Of a stretch of DNA of 52,696 nt, positions 49,304 through 52,696 are shown in pieces. Numbering within the stretch: the first letter of the stretch is position 1; the number at the start of each line of letters is the position of its first letter. The notes below the pieces were generated by a model. That model saw only the letters and a list, made by a program, of their open reading frames with translations, was not told where the DNA came from and did not search any database. Source of the stretch: Verrucomicrobiales bacterium (GTDB lineage: Bacteria; Verrucomicrobiota; Verrucomicrobiia; Verrucomicrobiales; SLCJ01). Both the position numbers and the translations under genes were made by a program. The stretch is from the NCBI GenBank assembly GCA_046075565.1, contig JBJTQJ010000037.1, positions 1 to 52,696 of the forward strand, read 5' to 3'.

Positions 49304-50662
49304 ATGCAGCCCACCATCCGCGAATTGCTCCTCGTTACCACCGCGCCCGCCGAAGCCCTTGTCGTGCAGGCATGGGTGCGCACCCGCCGCGACTCCAAGG
49401 GGTTTTCCTTTCTCGAACTGAACGACGGGTCCTGCTTGGCCAATCTGCAATGTGTGGTGGACGAGGGGGTCCCGGGTTCCGGGCATCTGCCGGAAGCGGG
49501 CACCGGGGCATCGGTGAAGGTGACGGGGAAACTCCTGCCTTCCCCGGCCGCCGGCCAGAAATGGGAACTCCACGCCAGTGAGTTCGAACTGCTGGGCAAC
49601 GTCGCCCCGGACTACCCGCTGCAGAAAAAAGGCCACTCGGTGGAGTTTCTCCGCTCGATTTCCCATCTGCGCGCGCGCACCAATCTCTTCAGCGCGGTTT
49701 TCCGCACGCGTTCGCGGCTGAGCTTGGCCGTGCACCGGTTTTTCGAGCGCCACGAGTTTTTTTATGTCCACACCCCGATCATCACGGCCAGCGACTGCGA
49801 GGGGGCAGGGGAGATGTTCCGCGTGACGACCCTGCCACCCGGTGGAAAACCGCATGAGGACTTCTTCGGGCGGGCCGCCTACCTAACGGTGTCCGGTCAA
49901 CTCGAAGCCGAGACGCTGGCTTGCGGGCTCGGGCGCGTTTACACCTTCGGCCCGACCTTCCGCGCTGAAAACTCGAATACCTGGCGCCATGCCGCCGAAT
50001 TCTGGATGATCGAGCCGGAAATTGCCTTCTGCGATCTGGCCGCCGACATGGACCTCGCGGAGGCCTTTGTGAAAGACATGACCCGGGCCATGCTCGAGGA
50101 CTGCGCGGAGGACCTCGCTTTCTTCACCAAGTTCCTCGACAAGGAACTGGAGTCGCGCCTGCGCGGCGTGTTGGAGAAGCCATTTGTTCGGTTGCCCTAC
50201 ACCGAGGCCGTGGAAATCCTGCTCGCCAGTGGACGCCAGTTCGAATATCCCATCGAGTGGGGCGCGAACCTGCAAGCCGAACACGAGCGTTATCTAACAG
50301 AAGAACATTTCCGTTCGCCGGTCACGGTGTTCAATTACCCGAAGGCCATCAAGCCATTCTACATGCGCTCGAATGATGACGGACGCACGGTCACGGCCAT
50401 GGACCTGCTGGTTCCCGGTATCGGCGAACTCGTCGGTGGCGCGCAACGGGAGGAGCGGGCCGATGTGCTCGCCGCGAACTTCAAGGAACACGGCCTCGAC
50501 CCCGAGACTTACTCCTGGTATCTGGACCTCCGGCGCCATGGCACCGTGCCTCACGCGGGATTCGGACTCGGCTTCGAACGCCTGCTCATGTTCTTGACCG
50601 GCGTGAAAAATATCCGCGACGTGATTCCATTTCCCCGCGTGCCAGGGAACGCGGGTGTGTGA
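49304..50662 (+). CDS. asnS: Asparagine--tRNA ligase
   Basis: [51 protein letters not shown]. Confidence 0.96.
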   Translation: MQPTIRELLLVTTAPAEALVVQAWVRTRRDSKGFSFLELNDGSCLANLQCVVDEGVPGSGHLPEAGTGASVKVTGKLLPSPAAGQKWELHASEFELLGNVAPDYPLQKKGHSVEFLRSISHLRARTNLFSAVFRTRSRLSLAVHRFFERHEFFYVHTPIITASDCEGAGEMFRVTTLPPGGKPHEDFFGRAAYLTVSGQLEAETLACGLGRVYTFGPTFRAENSNTWRHAAEFWMIEPEIAFCDLAADMDLAEAFVKDMTRAMLEDCAEDLAFFTKFLDKELESRLRGVLEKPFVRLPYTEAVEILLASGRQFEYPIEWGANLQAEHERYLTEEHFRSPVTVFNYPKAIKPFYMRSNDDGRTVTAMDLLVPGIGELVGGAQREERADVLAANFKEHGLDPETYSWYLDLRRHGTVPHAGFGLGFERLLMFLTGVKNIRDVIPFPRVPGNAGV

Positions 50663-50744
50663 GAACGCCCACGAGAGTCGGACACGACCCTTCGGGATCG
50701 TGTCCCTCCGGATTCCGATGGGCAGGCCTGGGAACGCCGAATAC

Positions 50745-50913
50745 TTAGCACCATGTCCAACGAATGGAAATCGGTTTTCTGGGCAAGACCGGGCCTACTT
50801 CGCCAAGGCTTCGAAGGCTTCAACGGTCTTGCTACATTTCCGAGGGACGCTCACAGGCCAAATCCCCTTGACTTTCCATGTCACGCGTAGCAAGAGCGTC
50901 TCGCTCTTGCCCC
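50745..50913. repeat. GTAG-type REP doublet, copy 2 (inverted relative to 8095-8240), with 29-nt insertion
   Basis: GGAAATCGGTTTTCT, GGCAAGACCGGG[CCTACTTCGCCAAGGCTTCGAAGGCTTCA]ACGGTCTTGCTAC, GTAGCAAGAGCGTCTCGCTCTTGCCCC. Confidence 0.8.
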
Positions 50914-51001
50914 TCATGGATCGGACCAAGAGGATGAAGACCGACATCGATATTCGCGATCGGTGAACAGCATTGAGGCCTGTCCGTCGATACTGAGGCA
51001 A

Positions 51002-52477
51002 TCACGCTCCGCCGAGTGTAGATTGCAGGAGTTCGGCGACCATCCGCGGATTGGCTTTGCCGCCGGATCGTTTCATGACCTGACCGGTCAGCCAGTTCAG
51101 CACTTTGGCTTGCCCGGCCGCGGCTTCGGCCGCTTTGTCGGGGAACTCGGCAAGCACGGCCTGCACGACCGGGAGCAGGGCCGAGCGGTCGCTCACCTGC
51201 TCAAATCCCTTGGCCCGGGCAATCGCGGCCGGGTCAGACCCCGGTTTGTCGAAAAGTTCAGCGAAGATCTCCTTGGCCTGGGATTGGGAAACTTTGCCAC
51301 CCTCGATCATGTCCACCAGCGAGCGCAAGGTCGTTGGTTCGATCGGACAATCTCCGATGGTCAGGGCCGCTTCGTTGAGTTTGCCTAACAATTCATTGAT
51401 CACCCAGTTCGCGATCTTCTTGGGCGCGGAAGCACCATCGGCGGCACATTCGAACCAATCAGCCAAGGCGCGTTCGGAGGCGAGCACACCGGCATCATAG
51501 GACGTCACGCCATAATCGGCAATGAAGCGCGCGCGTTTCGCCGCGGGAAGTTCGGGCACCAGCGGTTGCACTTCGGCGAGCATGTCGGTGGTGGCGATGG
51601 GCACGAGATCCGGATCGGGGAAATAACGGTAGTCGTGCGCGTCTTCCTTGGTGCGCATGAGTTGGGTTTCCCCGAGGTCGTCGTCCCAGCGCCGGGTGCT
51701 CTGGACTTGCAGGATGCCGAGATCAAGTTCGGCCGATTGACGCTCGATCTCATGCTCGAGGGCGCGGCGCACGGCGGAAATGGAATTGAGATTCTTCAGC
51801 TCGATCTTCGGACCGAGTTCTTCCTGGCCATCGGGGCGCAAGCTCACGTTCACATCGCAGCGCATCTGGCCTTTTTCCATGTCGGCATCGGAGACACCTC
51901 CATAGACCAGGGTTTGCCGCAGGGCATTGAGAAAGGCCACGGCCTCTTCCGGAGTCTCCATGTCCGGTTCGGAGACGATTTCCATGAGCGGGGTGCCGGC
52001 GCGGTTGAAGTCGATGAGGCTGTTATTGTCGTAGTGGGTTGATTTCCCGACGTCCTCTTCCAAATGGATGTGGTGGATGCGGATCACACGTCCGGCTTGG
52101 ACAGACTTCTGCGCGTCCTTCGGGTAATGCAAGGTATCCAACTCGACATGGCCGCCCCAGCACAGAGGATGCTGCAACTGGGAGAGTTGGTAGTTTTTCG
52201 GCATGTCCGGGTAGAAGTAATTCTTCCGGTCCCAGGTCGTCACTTCGGGGATACGGCAACCGAGCATCAGACCCGCGAGGATGGTCTGGCGGATGGCCCG
52301 GCCGTTCACCACAGGCAGGGCGCCGGGCAAGCCAAGGCAAACCGGGCAGACATTCGTGTTCGGCTCCGCCCCGAAACTGGTGCGGCATCCGCAGAACATC
52401 TTGGTTTGCGATTTGATCTGGCAATGGACTTCCAATCCGATGGTGATTCGGTAGGCGGAGGCGGTGGCTGCTGACAT
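51002..52477 (-). CDS. gatB: Asp/Glu-tRNA amidotransferase subunit B
   Basis: IGLEVH, RKNYFYPDMPKNYQ, HLEEDVGK, NRAGTPLMEIVSEPD, DYRYFPDPD, GQVMK..GKANP. Confidence 0.97.
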   Translation of the reverse strand: MSAATASAYRITIGLEVHCQIKSQTKMFCGCRTSFGAEPNTNVCPVCLGLPGALPVVNGRAIRQTILAGLMLGCRIPEVTTWDRKNYFYPDMPKNYQLSQLQHPLCWGGHVELDTLHYPKDAQKSVQAGRVIRIHHIHLEEDVGKSTHYDNNSLIDFNRAGTPLMEIVSEPDMETPEEAVAFLNALRQTLVYGGVSDADMEKGQMRCDVNVSLRPDGQEELGPKIELKNLNSISAVRRALEHEIERQSAELDLGILQVQSTRRWDDDLGETQLMRTKEDAHDYRYFPDPDLVPIATTDMLAEVQPLVPELPAAKRARFIADYGVTSYDAGVLASERALADWFECAADGASAPKKIANWVINELLGKLNEAALTIGDCPIEPTTLRSLVDMIEGGKVSQSQAKEIFAELFDKPGSDPAAIARAKGFEQVSDRSALLPVVQAVLAEFPDKAAEAAAGQAKVLNWLTGQVMKRSGGKANPRMVAELLQSTLGGA

Positions 52478-52529
52478 CGCGCGGAATGTGCCGGATCCGA
52501 GCCGTCCGGGCAAGAAAAAACGGGGCAAG

Positions 52530-52606
52530 TGGCGCACCCCGCAGGATTCGAACCTGCGACCGTCGGATTAGAAATCCGATGCTCTATCCAGCTGAGCTAG
52601 GGGTGC
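52530..52606 (-). tRNA. tRNA-Arg (anticodon TCT)
   Basis: GCACCCCTAGCTCAGCTGGATAGAGCA-TCGGA-TTTCTAA-TCCGA-CGGTCGCAGGTTCGAATCCTGCGGGGTGCGCCA cloverleaf with encoded CCA. Confidence 0.97.
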
Positions 52607-52696
52607 CGATGATCGCCCGTTTCAGGCGATGGTAATGTATCCGCTGGATCGACGTGAGCCAAGCGGAAAGCGACTGCCGGGTGTCCGGCTCTCACC

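Noticed and set aside
50655-50966. 103-aa ORF between asnS and gatB
   Set aside because: Reads through the REP doublet, with no protein-like features
49304-52477. Co-occurrence of asnS and gatB as an anomaly
   Set aside because: Common; GatCAB is still used for Gln-tRNA or Asn-tRNA formation in many bacteria with AsnRS
52530-52606. tRNA-Arg as an integration site
   Set aside because: No integrase or duplicated tRNA 3' end noticed; gatB follows directly

Overview
GC-rich bacterial chromosomal window. Gene content (sulfatases, DUF1080, FG-GAP, prenyltransferase-repeat protein, PVC-type palindromic repeats) suggests Verrucomicrobia/PVC; this is an inference. The backbone is housekeeping: an RND efflux pair, pgsA, purD, purU, pdxJ-acpS, tadA, add, purM, dapA-dapF, ligA, pdxH, corA, asnS, gatB and tRNA-Arg(TCT). 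The most interesting part is an eroding island at ~24.6-31.3 kb, just downstream of a probable 6S RNA. It holds a collapsed L-fucose-type catabolic operon: DUF6786, an SDR with an internal TAG, and a fuconate-dehydratase N-terminus fused in frame to an internal Na+/solute symporter fragment. After a frameshift that fragment runs into what looks like the C-terminal tail of a bacterial microcompartment (BMC) shell protein. The island also has a decaying ars operon (Acr3 lacking its NNFELAIAVA segment, DUF6428 with a nonsense codon) and a fluoride-riboswitch-like RNA before crcB. A second accessory patch (~41.2-43.5 kb) looks like a degenerate integron-type cassette array without an integrase. 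Intergenic DNA carries non-autonomous elements: a 280-bp MITE with 20-bp TIRs and an 8-bp TSD, several REP/REPIN families (one with a second repeat inserted in its hairpin loop) and two 'empty' CACGGAT-type inverted-repeat elements. All calls come from motif recognition by eye; no searches were run.
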